DNA of 64,000 bases from Octopus sinensis (GCF_006345805.1 NC_043004.1:28582001-28646000), one strand, 5' to 3'; shown: positions 37,441 to 50,766, numbered from the stretch's first letter. The notes: generated by a model not told the origin, from the letters alone. Program-made: numbers and translations.

Positions 37441-38606
37441 ATATATCTGGTATATGCAATTAAAGTAGTATTAAATTAAAATACCCTTCTGTGTATCATA
37501 CTTCATGTATTTACACTGTTGATAAACTGGTTACTATAGTATTTGTCCTGAAATAAAATCTCTAATGTTATGTTAAAAACACAATGAATATCAGGGGGGG
37601 AGGAAAATTTGTTCCAGCAGCGATCAGCGAGAAAACCAGATTATTTCGGTTTTGTCAGACGTTTTTAAAGGTTCGTGCATGCAGCCAGCAAAATACTTGA
37701 ACGAGAATTCGTCGTCTCTGATGTAGGAAAAGGGAATAAAACATTCGCAGATGCTGCAAGTAAGTGCCTCAAGTTAAATCAGTCAGCAAAAGCATTGTTA
37801 TCAAAGAAGGGAAAGCTACTAGAAAGAATCAAAAGAGACATTATCAAACTTTATTTCTCCATTATCTTAGATTTATCGACGTATAAAATAGAACAGATAC
37901 TGAGCAAGGTTAGTAAACGAAAATTGTGTTGACTTTGAAAGACTATATTCCATTCAACTATATATATATTCTGTCACGAACAGTTCGTATGGAATCACAT
38001 TTATATTCTCGTGAAGACTGTTCAGAAACCTTATCGCATCGCTTATTCCAGTGTAAAAATTGCAGTAGTGAATGAGAAGACTTCAGGTCTTAAAAAAGAT
38101 TATCAAGCTTAGAGATGCAATTTATTTTTTAAAATTCACCAACTATGAATAAAATCTTCCGATTCATGAAGACTACAAAATGATTTAACAACAAAAATAT
38201 TTAGCTATTCTGTCTTTGAACTTGTTTTTCCTTTCTTTCCATTTTCTTTTTCTTTTCTCCTAATATATGAGGGATATTATATAGCATTCTTTATCATAAC
38301 TTTCCAGTTTAACATGAACACTTCGTCAGCTTAAATAAATAATAAAGATACGTACATGCATGTGTAGGCATTTATGTATATATTCATATATACATACGCG
38401 CTCCGTCATACACAGACACCCAAATATATACACATATACATGCTTACACACACACGTAAATAAATATATGTAAATAAGAGTGTGTATCTCCATCTATGTA
38501 TCATACTAAATGTATATACAGACTGTTAGAAGGTATAATGCTGTGGAATTGTGTAAGATAAAATCTTCTCATAAAATTGTTTTAAAGGTGCAATATATAT
38601 TGGAGC

Positions 38607-38965
38607 GGAGGCGCAATGGCCCAGTGGTTAGGGCAGCGGACTCGCGGTCGTAGGATCGCGGTGTCGATTCCCAGACCGGAAAACACCTAAAGCTCCACGA
38701 GGCTCCGGCAGGGGATGGCGGTGATCCCTGCTGTACTCTTTCACCACAACTTTCTCTCACTCTTACTTCCTGTTTCTGTTGTACCTGTATTTCAAAGGGC
38801 CGGTCTTGTCACTCTCTGTGTCACGCTGAATATCCCCGAGAACTACGTTAAGGGTACACGTGTATGTGGAGTGCTCAGCCACTTACACGTTAATTTCACG
38901 AGCAGGCTGTTCCGTTGGTCGGATCAACCGGAACCCTCATCGTCGTAACCGACGGAGTGCTTCCA
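38607..38965 (+). mobile_element. SINE S3 copy with a small internal deletion
   Basis: Near-identical to the reverse complement of 6919-7299, minus ~25 bp after the tRNA-like head. Confidence 0.9.
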
Positions 38966-39447
38966 TCATATATCGGAGCAAGACGAACACGGAACTGCAG
39001 TGACGTACAGAACTGGTAGATGAGTTTTAAACTTCTTTAAGCTTGAAAATATCATGTACCCGACTAATCACCCTCTTAAACAAAATTCGTGCTGTGATAT
39101 AATAAGCAACAGTGAATAAAACAGCTATAAAAATATACTTGGTATACGCAGCTGAAATAGCATTGAATTAAAATCGCTCCCTCTAAATCATGTTAAATGT
39201 ATAGAGGCGGTCCAAGAGCATGATGCTGGGGAATTGCCTTGGGTAAAATCTCTTCATAGACTTTTTAGTTAAAAACACATATGTATTGGAGTGAGACGAA
39301 TATCGCAGTGACTTGCGATGATGACAGACGTGTTTTCCTTTCTTGAGACTTGTCAATGTTGTGCACTCTACTGTCACTAGCTTATACTAAATTCCTGCCT
39401 CGATGCATATGAAACAGCCAATTCCTTGGTATTGTAGAAGTCTGACA

Positions 39448-39964
39448 TGCATAAGATGTAATGACATGCATAAGATGTAATGACATGCATAAGATCTGGT
39501 CATCAAATCTAAGTAGAGACTTCAAACTTGAAATATTCAAAGCCACAGTCAAACCAATTCTACTATATGGCTCAGAAACCTGGACGTTATCAAAGAAGCT
39601 TGAGAGGCGGTTGGATGGAACCTACACTCGCCTCCTTATGAGAGCTCAAAATCTCTCGTGGAAGCAACTTCCAACCAAAATGCAAATATATGGGAAACTA
39701 CCACCTGTGTCATCTCTTGTGAAAGGTAGGAGAGTCCAGTTTGCTGGACATTGTTGTAGAGCTGAAAAAGAAGTAATTTCTACTCTTCTCCTCTGGAAGC
39801 CATCTACTCGCAATACCAGAGGGCGCACACTCTCCTACCCTGATGTAATCTCCAGGGATACAGGCATCCAGCAACAGGACCTCCGTAATGCTATGATGGA
39901 CCGTGAAGTCTGGCGTAACATAGTAAATTCCATTGTCTCGACCACGGGCGAACAATGATGAATG
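39448..39964 (+). mobile_element. 5'-truncated RTE-type LINE with 12 bp TSD
   Basis: ILLYGSETWTLS..LDGTYTRLL..RRVQFAGHC..DREVWR, then a tgatgaatg tail. TSD agaagtctgaca at 39436-39447 and 39965-39976. Confidence 0.88.
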
Positions 39965-40180
39965 AGAAGTCTGACAGGCTGTAGAAAATCTCGGCAACAT
40001 CAGTGAATGTTTAACCCACTGTTTCCTACATAAGGAAGCACAAATTTCGTTTTTAAGCAGGTGACAATCGACTGCACGGCAAAGACAAGTCTCAAGAAAA
40101 AAAATGAAATGCATCCGTCGTTCTCATGATTCACTGCAACGAAGATGTTCGTCTTGCTCTGATATATATATTGTGCCTTT

Positions 40181-40404
40181 TGAGGGCGGCGAGCAGGCAG
40201 AAACGTTAGCACGCCGGGCGAAATGCGTAGCCGTATTTCGTCTGAGTTCAAATTCCGCCGAGGTCGACTTTGCCTGTCATCCTTTCGGGGTCGATAAATT
40301 AAGTACCAGTTACGCACTGGGGGTCGATGTAATCGACTTAATCCCTTTGTCTGTCCTTGTTTGTACCCTCTGTGTCTAGCCTCTTGTGGGTAGTAAAGAA
40401 ATAG
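40181..40404 (+). mobile_element. SINE S1 with 17 bp TSD
   Basis: TSD atatatattgtgccttt at 40164-40180 and 40405-40421. Confidence 0.9.
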
Positions 40405-40865
40405 ATATATATTGTGCCTTTAGCACAAGTCTATGAAGAGATTTTATTTCAAACAATTCTCGAGCATCATGCCTTCGAATGGTTTGCATATATTTAATAT
40501 GATACACCGATGGCAACAGTGTAACAACAGCAGTGGTTTACTATTGCTCAGTATGCCAGAATTTCCAATTTAACTGATTAATAGTTTAGTCTTTCTGTCT
40601 GGCACTACGTGGAGCTAAGAACATTAGTAAAGTACTGCTGCTGCTGCTGCTTCTGTTGTTGCTGCTGTTGCTGCTGATACTGCTGGAGTTGTTTCATTTG
40701 TCGGCAATAACAATTGATTGTGTCTGTATATGTTTCTTTGCTTCATGTTCTATCGATCTGTTTTCTACGTCAGTTTATTTGCCATTCTTTAACTCTGCTT
40801 CACTCTGCCTCTGTCTGCTTGTTTGTCTATCTGCCTCTCTGTCTGTCTGCTACTCTCTCTCACAC

Positions 40866-40903
<38 letters not shown>

Positions 40904-41019
40904 TTCGTTCTTTCTCTTTCTTCACTTGCAGTATTAACACACCCCTTTCCTACAAGCTACACCCACCCGCTTTTTGTTCTCATATTTAAATCATTTTTGC
41001 TTTTAATCTCTAGCACTAC

Positions 41020-41732
41020 CACTACCAACAACAACAACAACAACAATGATTATAGCAAAACTCAGTGTCTCGTAGTATCGTTATCACCACTACTGCTTTC
41101 ACTAATAGCAACACTATAATGACCACTGCCACTACTACTATCAGTAATGATTTTTTAAATATATTTTAAGTATTCTTCCATTGTTTTCTCTTTTTCAATT
41201 TTCTTTTAAGTTTTTTCAATACTTTCTTCCTATTATATTCTACATACCAGCACCAGCAGCCCCATTCTCTTCACCATCATACCATCCGTTGTTGCCGCCG
41301 TCAGCTCAACCAATATATGCGAACAACACCCTACCATTCCACTACTAAAAACCCTCCCAGCAACCAGCCTCATCCCCATCCATGACCATCTTCCTCCCCC
41401 CATCTATGCCATCATCATCATCATCATCATCATCATCATAGCTTATCCCCACTTTTACCATTATCGCATCAGGCTCGATGACGCCATAATCATTATCGTC
41501 ACACTACCACCACTGCCACAAATTACTACTCCCAAACTACCACAACCCATTAACACTATCACAACTACTACCACCGTCACCACTGCCACAATAATTCTAC
41601 CCGCCATTACTGTCACCAACGCTACATCAAAAAATAAAGGACTACTACTAAAAACAATATCAGTGAATCTGTTTACAGCAAAATTATTATAATGTCATCG
41701 TAAATACACTACTACTGCTGTTGCTGCTGCTG

Positions 41733-41792
<60 letters not shown>

Positions 41793-42330
41793 TTACTACT
41801 ACTACTACTGGTAGCATTGTCAATATAACTACTATCAATATAGCTAGTAAATATCGCTACCGCTATATCTTCCCACAATTAATATCACACACAAATCACC
41901 CCTACTAACACCATTACCATTACTGCCATCAACGCTCTACCATCCTTACAACCCTCGCTACCATTATTATCAATTACAATAGTAATAACACCGTCCCTTC
42001 TATCATCATATTACAATTTCCATCTCAAACGCCGATGCTCATGTCTGCTATTACCACGACTACTACCATCATCATTATCACCATAACCAGCGATATTTAC
42101 TCCTGCGATACACGGCAAACACTGTAACACTGTTGCCAAGACAACAACCGTTAGTAATAACCTCCATTCCACCAGTACTTCACTAATTCTATAGATTCTA
42201 CTAACATCATAACAACTATCTTACCAACATCAACGTCACAGCTACGACACAACGCATGTACCGTCAACAATACTTGCACAACACCTATCGTGATTGCTGA
42301 CACAACACCAACAACCATATCTCCCAATCA
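41020..42330. repeat. Degenerate trinucleotide (ACC/ACT/CAT) cryptic simple-sequence tract
   Basis: C/A-rich triplet periodicity with embedded pure (CAT)n and (CTA)n; no long ORF. Confidence 0.7.
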
Positions 42331-42338
42331 CTCTAGAT

Positions 42339-43028
42339 GAGGGGTTCTCAAACAGAACGCCGCTGATTTTTGAAACAAATAAGTTATGATAGGCGCAGGA
42401 GTGGCTGTGTGGTAAGTAGCTTGCTTACCAACCACATGGTTCTGGGTTCAGTCCCACTGCGTGGAACCTTGGGCAAGTGTCTTCTACTATAGCCTCGGGC
42501 CGACCAAAGCCTTGTGAGTGGATTTGGTTGACGGAAACTGAAAGAAGCCCGTCGTATATATGTATATATGTATATATATATGTGTGCGTGCATGTTTGTG
42601 TGTCTGTGTTTGTCCCCCTAACATTGCTTGACAACCGATGCTGGTGTGTTTATGTCCCCGTCACTTAGCGCTTCGGCAAAAGAGACCGATAGAATAAGCA
42701 CTGGGCTTACAAAGAATAAGTCCCGGGGTCGAGTTGCTCGACTAAAGGCGGTGCTCCAGCATAGCCGCAGTCAACTGACTGAAACAAGTAAAAGAGTAAA
42801 AGAGTAAAGAGAGATTTCAGCAAATTCACATTTATGTTCAATCGTCTTAAAAAAGTATTATTTATAATTTTATTGTTTGCGAAGAGGAATAATGAGATGA
42901 AGCACGCAGTCGTTTTCTACATTTTTCTGAATTTTGAACTTTAAAGCAGTGATATTCTTTTTCAGAAAGTGTCCATTCGAATTGGTCCAGTGCTTGTTTA
43001 TTTAACTCAAGAATGTTGAGAAGCACTG
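42339..43028. mobile_element. Possible old hAT (Charlie-like) non-autonomous element, containing an S2 SINE
   Basis: TIR-like ends gaggggttctcaa / ttgagaagcactg. Flanks ctctagat and atctacaa resemble NTCTAGAN but differ at 3 of 8 positions. Confidence 0.4.
42389..42812 (+). mobile_element. SINE S2, full length
   Basis: ataggcgcaggagtggctgtgtggtaag...gtaaaagagtaaaagagtaaag. Confidence 0.92.
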
Positions 43029-43617
43029 ATCTACAAAAAGAAATGCACACAAAAATATCAGCTACATCATTATTTCCAAAATGCTGGGGATTCCATGTTC
43101 GGCTCCAATTATAAGCGCAAGGGAACAACAGCTGTCGTTTTCCAACAACTTTAAACTTACCCACATGCGTTACAGTCACCAGCAGAATTTAATGACGTTT
43201 AAGAGTGATTTGAAAAGCATTTGAAAATATGCTCAGAGTAGACAGCAAAGAGACTACAACATAAGCTCTCGAGGATGTCTCCATATAATTGCTCAACCAT
43301 CTGGACAAACAGAAAACTTTCCATCAATTACACCTTACTTTCTTGAAAAAAGACATTTCTAAATATACTCTCGAATAAAAAATAAAAAAAAGAAATGGGA
43401 AGGTCACAATTTAAATGCATTGGTCTTCTTGAAGAAGGCCGAGAAGTCTAAATAACGGCAATACGTGGGTATAATCAATATCATTATACCCACTCCTTCG
43501 CAGCCAACATGACACTACCAACAAATTGCACATACACCCACCCTAACTTCCACATATTTTATCAGTCGGTACTATACAATAGTTTACTTCTTCCGCCTCT
43601 CTCTCACTCTCTCTCTA

Positions 43618-43686
<69 letters not shown>

Positions 43687-44248
43687 ATCCGTTTTTTTTT
43701 TAATATCTACCTCTCATTGTTTGTTTCTCCTTCTTCCTTCTTGCGTTTCTTTTCTCTCACCTTTCCTACCTCTCTTTTTCTCTTCCTCTCTTTTTTTCCA
43801 AGTCTCACTCTTTCCTCTCCATCTTGTCTGTAGAGAAGTCTTTTAACCTTCATTTTGCGGGGGGGGGGGAGGGCCGAACCATTATCTGCTCGCCCCTACT
43901 ACTCATCACCAGCACACCTACAGATATAGACACAGACGCACAGTTTGTACGAGCTTTCTTCCCAACAACTAAGTAAACAGTCTCCCCACTACATACTTTA
44001 AAAATTACTAAAATAAATGGTCGGCATACGCATAACGAGAAAGTCCCGTCAACTCGTTTGCTATAAGAAGAAACAAATGAATCAAAACAAAAAAATAAAC
44101 AAGTACACATACATACACTTACAGTATTACAAACACAGTCAAAGGCACAGACAAAAGCACATATACATATACATATACATACGCACACACATACATACAT
44201 ACATACATACATACACACACATGCATATATATATATATATATATATAC

Positions 44249-44659
44249 TATTTTACTCTTTTTACTTGTTTCAGTCATTTGACTGCGGCCATGCTGGAGC
44301 ACCGCCTTTAATCGAGCAACTCGACACCGGGACTTATTCTTTTGTAAGCCCAGTACTTATTCTATCGGTCTCTTTTGCCGAACCGCTAAGTAACGGGGGA
44401 CATAAACACACCAGCATCGGTTGTCAAGCAATGCTAGGGGGACAAACACAGACACACAAACACACACACGCATATATATATATACATATATACGACGGGC
44501 TTTTTTTCAGTTTCCGTCTACCAAATCCACTCACAAGGCTTTGGTCGGCCCGAGGTTATAGTAGAAGACACTTGCCCAAGGTGCCACGCAGTGGGACTGA
44601 ACCCGTAACCATGTGGTTGGTAAACAAGCTACTTACCACACAGTCACTCCTGCGCCTAT
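44249..44659 (-). mobile_element. SINE S2, full length
   Basis: Reverse complement of the complete unit. Confidence 0.92.
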
Positions 44660-44719
44660 ATATGTGCAAAAATGTGTATATGTGTGATTGTAACAGAATA
44701 AATAAGGCAATGATATGAT

Positions 44720-45050
44720 ACTAAATAAGTGAATATCAGAATATTGAAAATCGCGGGATAAATAATCGATAGAATATCTAAATAACTAAATCAATTACAG
44801 AATAACGCGCTAATTAAACAAAGAAGACAATGAAAGTGAAACTAAATGGTTGACAGAATATCAGAACCAGATAATGAGGGAATGACAGAATGACTCAATA
44901 ATTATCTGAATATCAAAATAAGCAAATAAATAAGAGAATTTCAGAATATCTAAATAAATAATAAGGAATCAGAATAGCAAAATCAATAAGGAAATGCCAG
45001 AAAATTGCTAAATAAGTGACAGCATAACAGAATAACAAATAAATTACAAA
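44720..45050. repeat. Degenerate A-rich minisatellite with recurring cagaata core
   Basis: cagaat(a) recurs many times at irregular spacing. Confidence 0.55.
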
Positions 45051-45659
45051 ATGATGTCCAATTACATCATGAGAGATTTTAGCCATTTATTAATATACTA
45101 AAACTGTTAAATACACCTTTCATATTTCTTGCATATTTTCATCATTACTGAACCACACCCTGTTCGCTGAAGCAGTTTCACAATGAAACTAGGTCATTGA
45201 CTAGGTCACAGAGCGAGGAAAATATTGACATCTTGCATGATAACTGAAATGTGAATATAACAGCTTTTGTGTGATTTTAAAGGGCTGAAATTATTTATTT
45301 TTCCACTTTGTAATTACGTCAGTTTCAACATAGTCTCAGGTCGAAACAACTACAAATTTGAAATGAACACACACACACACACACATATATATATACATAC
45401 AATGAGAAGCAAGTTAGGCAAGTCAATTTACAGAGAATACTAAATAAATTTAATAGAAAAAATGTACATTTGTATGAATATCAAATAATCCATCTTACAG
45501 AATAAAAAAATGATATCAGGTGTTAAATGAGTAGAGTTTTACGAGTCCAACAGCTATTTTTTGCACTTAGGGATCTGTAATAATGATAGTTACTTGGATT
45601 CATTATCGGATAACATAACTTCCATCTTCAGGAGAGAATTTTACATTGGAGAATTTTAC

Positions 45660-46990
45660 ATTTGAGAAGCTGACAGGCTGGAGGGTTAAAGATGAAATGA
45701 TTTTGTGGTGAACGAAGTGTGTTAGGAAGGGGATATAGGAGTGTTTAGATAGAGTGTAGTGGGGGAGAAAATAGATTTCAAGGTTAGGGTTAATATTGAG
45801 TCTAATGATAGTAGTAGAGGTGGAAGGTGGGAGGAAAGGGAAAGTGTAGCTTAGGTAGTATGTGAATAATGACCTTTGTGATAGTTTGTATGAAGCCTAT
45901 AGAGTTAAAGATTGAGATAGTCATAATGGCTTGTTATAAATTTGGGGGAAGACGGAGGCAGTGTTACCCGATAATGGATCCAAGTAACTATTCTATAAAC
46001 TATAAACCTTTTGCTTGGCCGAGTGCTAGTGATTCTAGTGATAGTGAGTCTAGTGATAGTAGTAGATATGGAAGATGGGAGGAAAGGGGAAGTGTGGTTT
46101 AGGTAGTATGTGAGGGATGACCTTTGTGATAGTTTGTATGAGTTAAAGGTTTAGATAGTGAAAATGGCTTGTTATTAATTGGAGGAAATGATTTGACTAG
46201 TTCAATAGCTAAGGGGGGGGTGAAGAGGTGGTCAAAAGTAGTTGTTAGTGGGACAAAATTGGGTTGGTAATGGAGGTGGCTGTTGTGATAAAAGAATGAG
46301 TATGAAATTGAATAGAGATGTGTAGGCAGGAAGGGGGTAGAGGTAGATTGGCTAGTTTTCAAAGGAGTGGTGTTTTGTTAAGTAATATTTAAGGTTGAGG
46401 TGGATGGGGTTCTCACAAAAAAATGAAGGTGGTTGATTTGAAGGTTTGGAAGAAATTTGAGTTGTGTGTATGGGAAGGAATAATATGTGGGGATTAGTAT
46501 CTATTAAGTAGTAAGTTGCCAGATTGTTATAGATTAAGGTTTTTTTGAGTATGGAAACTTATAGGATTATATAGATTTAGCGAAGTGCGTGAAAGTTGAG
46601 TAGTAGCTGTGTTTACAACAATAAATAACATCAGAGAATCTATTGAGAAATGAGTTGTGAAGGCGAAGAATGGTTAACGATTCTTTTAGACATAACTTAC
46701 ACTTTCCAATATTTGCTTTGTATGAGAAACTTCACTTACTAAGAACCAGGATAGGGTGTATGGAATATTTTGCGATTTGAGGTTGTTCATGTAAGCTCCT
46801 AAGGATGTAGATAGTTTAGAGTTTGGATTAGTGAAAGAGTATATGTGTGCACGGTAGTGGTGCTTGAAATCTACGGTGCCACCGATATATATCTTTGCTT
46901 GGTGGGAGCGGGGTGCTAAATTCTCACTGCCAGTATATATATTCACCATATGAATATATGGCTGATTCAGCAAAATGCTAATGTGAAAAT
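45660..46990 (-). mobile_element. Penelope-like element 3' remnant (GIY-YIG plus long G-poor 3' region with internal direct repeat)
   Basis: KIYIGGTVDFKHHYRAHIYSF..LGAYMNNLK..YTLSW; after a frameshift CLKESLTI..LNRFSD. ~130 bp direct repeat at ~45812-45950 and ~46060-46190. Confidence 0.8.
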
Positions 46991-47854
46991 TATAAATATA
47001 TATACATATGTAAATATAAGAGACAGCATATTTAAAATATTGTCGAAATATCTGAATAACTAACAAATAATTATGGAATAACGAAATGATAGTCAGAATG
47101 TCAAAAAAACTTAACGGCAACGCATCAAGGAAGTTAATTATAAAACACCTAAATCTTCCGTGCCCATTTCTATTGATTTTTCTGGATAATTTTGTAGTTT
47201 TACAGTGGATATATACGAGTTATTTTGTTACATCTGATGCAAAATTATATCATCACAAAAATATTTCACGAGCTTAACGAACTTTTCTGCAGTCGACCAC
47301 AATATAAGAAGCCATTTCTATACTGACAGCCGGAAGAGCTCAAGCTTCCTTTCTTCTACCAAAAATATCGTAATATTATCACGTATTTAATCTTGTAGGA
47401 TGGTATTCTCTGAAAGCTACGTAAATCCCATCATATATATAACTTACCGCCCAATTTCTTTCTCCAACAGTTTTTTTTTTTTTTTGTCTCATTTACATTT
47501 TCTGCGATGAGGCATGTAAATCAAGAGTAGCATAACGCAAAGCAAAATCTACTGCTATTCTAGAAGGAATACATGATACCCCAGCAGAAGAGACTCCGTT
47601 GTACATTGATATTACAAGGTTACAAGGTAATGGACTTATTTCTGGGTGACAAGGAAACAATAAAGTCGTGAGAAATTTACTGTTGGTTTGCTTCCCTACG
47701 GCCGTTAAAATATAACAGTTGTAAACTTGTTAGCAGAATCAATTCCTAGGAGAAAGCAGTATGGCATATGGTATGATGAATGATTTACCAAACTACACTT
47801 TGGTTACATTATTTACTTTTGATGGATATTTGTCCTCATCATATTTGTTGTTAA

Positions 47855-47896
47855 CACAACGTTTCGGCTGATATACCCTCCAGCCTTCATCAGGTG
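47855..47896 (-). ncRNA. Canonical-core minimal type-I hammerhead ribozyme (Penelope-type)
   Basis: Minus CAC-CTGATGA-A-GGCTG-gagggtatat-CAGCC-GAAACGTT-GTG. Stem I CAC/GTG, 5 bp stem II, palindromic ACGT stem III, GUU cleavage triplet. Confidence 0.8.
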
Positions 47897-47972
47897 AGTT
47901 AGGGAAATTTCGAACTTGGGTTCTCATTCCTAAGGTATTTTTTGATGTTATTATTATTATTATTATTATTAT

Positions 47973-48576
47973 TGAGTGAGGAGCAGTGCATGCCATCAAA
48001 GTGACACTGGGGTAAAATATACAAAGCCCAGTATACTCATCATGACTACTTGTCTGATAAGGGTACACTAGGCACATGCATCACATCCATATGTGCGTGA
48101 CATGGTGATTTCATATCAATATAAACAGCACATGGCCTTGCAGGTGGAGCCCAGTAGAGTTTTCTTCTGGTCGAGTAACCCATTCTACTCAAAAGGTCCC
48201 TGAATAAGGGTTCTTTAATGATATTCAACGAACCCCCCATGTTTCCAGAAGTGAATTATTCAAACCCTTGCAACACATGGCTATGATGCTCCCCCACTAC
48301 TTCTGCTCATGATCAGAGATGCACATATCGTCAGCCACTAAGAGACATGCTCAACTGGTTATGGTCAAACAACTGACAAGCAAATCTGTGGTATTGAGCA
48401 GAATATTTGCTGTAGCCCATCTTTTATACTAAGATAAAACAATGTACATGATAACACTTCCAATCAGTTAAAATCAGAAACCATGAGAGCCACTGCCTGG
48501 TACTGCATCGGCGTATAGCCACTGCCTGGTACTGCTTCAGGGCATAGCCACTGCCTGGTACTGCATCAGAGCATTT
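47973..48576 (-). mobile_element. Element B, longest copy, (AAT)n at both ends, 29 bp 5' segment triplicated
   Basis: Homologous to 10627, 51124 and 51608. 29-mer agccactgcctggtactgc... starts at 48488, 48517 and 48546. Confidence 0.8.
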
Positions 48577-48633
48577 ATCATTATTATTATTATTATTTTT
48601 TATTACTTATCATCATCATCATCATCATCATCA

Positions 48634-48675
<42 letters not shown>

Positions 48676-48679
48676 GTAC

Positions 48680-48722
<43 letters not shown>

Positions 48723-48841
48723 ATTTATTTATTTGTTATCATTATTATTAGTAGTAGTAGTACTAGTAGTAGCAGCAGTAGTAGTAATAGTATTCAGGTC
48801 ACAAATACCACTACTGCTACTACTACTACTACTACTACTAC

Positions 48842-48884
<43 letters not shown>

Positions 48885-49535
48885 CACTACTACAGACAGT
48901 ACATGGATTTACCAAAAAAATATATATGAAATTTGGCTTAGAAAAATGTGTCAAAGCAACCGTGTAAAGAGGAAAACTAGTTAAGTGTAGCGACATCACA
49001 CTAGATAAAGCCAATGAAATAAGAGAATTAGACTAAAGCCAGATATACAAATATTTAGGTATCAATGAACTAGATACGATACAACACACAAATAAAAGAG
49101 AAAATAAAGAAAGAATACTATAGAGGAATTAGAGCAATACTGAAAACAGAGCTCAATGCTAAAAACAAGATAATAGGTATTAACACTTTAGCTGTCCCAG
49201 TTATAAGTTACAGCTTCAATATTCTTAACTGGACGCTAAATGAACTAACCAAAATAGATAGGAAAACAAGTAAAATAATGACAGGATCTAGGATTCACCA
49301 CTCAAAATCTGACATGGGAAGGCTATATATACAACGTATAGAAGGTGGTAGAGGCTTTATACAGCTTGAAAACTATCATAAAATAACCACCATAGAACTG
49401 CAAAAATACCTACTTCAGAAACAAGGAAAACTAAAACAAATAACCACAAAACACGAGCAAGACAAAAAAACTGTTTCCGGTATTTAAGGAAGCTGACAAA
49501 TACAAACAAGAAGTAATACTACCTAACAAATATAA
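48885..49535 (+). mobile_element. R4/Dong-clade RT C-terminal fragment
   Basis: MKFGLEKC; IYKYLGINE; ELNAKNKIIGINTLAVPVISYSF; HSKSDMGRLYIQRIEGGRG. Confidence 0.85.
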
Positions 49536-49536
49536 A

Positions 49537-49677
49537 GAAGAAGAAGAAGAAGAAGAAGAAGAAGAAGAAGAAGAAGAAGAAGAAGAAGAAGAAGAAGAAG
49601 AAGAAGAAGAAGAAGAAGAAGAAGAAGAAGAAGAAGAAGAAGAAGAAGAAGAAGAAGAAGAAGAAGAAGAAGAAGAA
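49537..49677 (+). repeat. Pure (GAA)47 tract
   Basis: 141 bp uninterrupted, counted from the sequence. Confidence 0.95.
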
Positions 49678-50631
49678 GCAAAAGCTATCCGTCAAATGTT
49701 GATAATTTAAATAATGTACATAATTCCTCATCCCTTAAATAAATACAGAACTGTACAAACTTTGGTTGTCGGTCTTCAAATGGCAACAAATTCTACGTTA
49801 GCACCAGAATAAGCAACAAAGAAACGTATCGGCATAAACAAAGGTTTAACATTTTCAGCATTCAATAGTAAAATGAATTTTACTACGTTTCTGTTGAAAT
49901 TATTGCACTATATGGCTTAGGTCTGACAAGAGCAGACACATTAATTTGAAACTTTCGATCAACAAAAAGTTAATTGGATAGCCTTGTAATTGAACTGAAT
50001 CTACAATTGTACTAGCAGCTTGTTTTACTTTTGCTTTTGTTGTTTTAACTTTCATCAACTAGTTACAAACAATTTAGATGAATTTTAACAGTTACGTGAT
50101 TTGTGTTCAAATATCTTTGAACTAATGGTTTCTTTTTAATTAGTTAGGTCGTATTGATGTGAATCTCCTTAATTGTTTATTTTTCATCTATTTATATTTT
50201 TTATGAATAATTTGCAATACGTGTATAATTAAAATATGTATTCCTCGTTGGAGTTCTTCCATCAGTATATTATATCTGTAATTATGGTACTGACCAGTAA
50301 TGAACTCTGTCGTGCGTTTTCATACTTTAGCACATCAATATAATCTACTTCTAAAACTACTTAAGTCATACGGAAATCAATATGGCATGGACAATTTAAC
50401 AGAACGGTTTTCAATTACTGTAGGAAAAATTGTGCATTTTATTCTTTGAAACAAATCATTGAATATCCGAAGGTGAAAATAACCTGAATGAAGTAGAAAT
50501 CCTTACTTGATATTTCACATGTTAAGTTGGAAAAGATTCTTTACGCAAAGGTAGTACTGAGGGGTCCGTGAACTAAATTAAAAATTCATATGTATATACA
50601 CACACACACACACATATATATATATACACAT

Positions 50632-50675
<44 letters not shown>

Positions 50676-50766
50676 GGGGAAAATTCACAAAAAAACAAAA
50701 GACGAAGACAGGTGGTGTAGACAACAAACAGTTGTATTTGTTTAATGCTCGGGCAGTGAAAAAGTC

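Noticed and set aside
41020-42330. Mucin-like Thr-rich coding exon
   Set aside because: No long open frame in the ORF track and no splice signals identified. Better explained as a decayed triplet repeat.
43130-43500. Possible Penelope GIY-YIG C-terminus (ALEDVSI.LLNHLDKQ)
   Set aside because: Only one short motif with stops; too decayed to support.
48300-48345. CTGACGA inside element B (minus strand) as a hammerhead
   Set aside because: Followed by GAAG rather than GAAA, and no convincing stem II or III.
48488-48574. 29 bp direct repeats resembling a CRISPR array
   Set aside because: The repeats are contiguous with no spacers, no cas genes are present, and the context is eukaryotic. This is a reiterated 5' end of element B.
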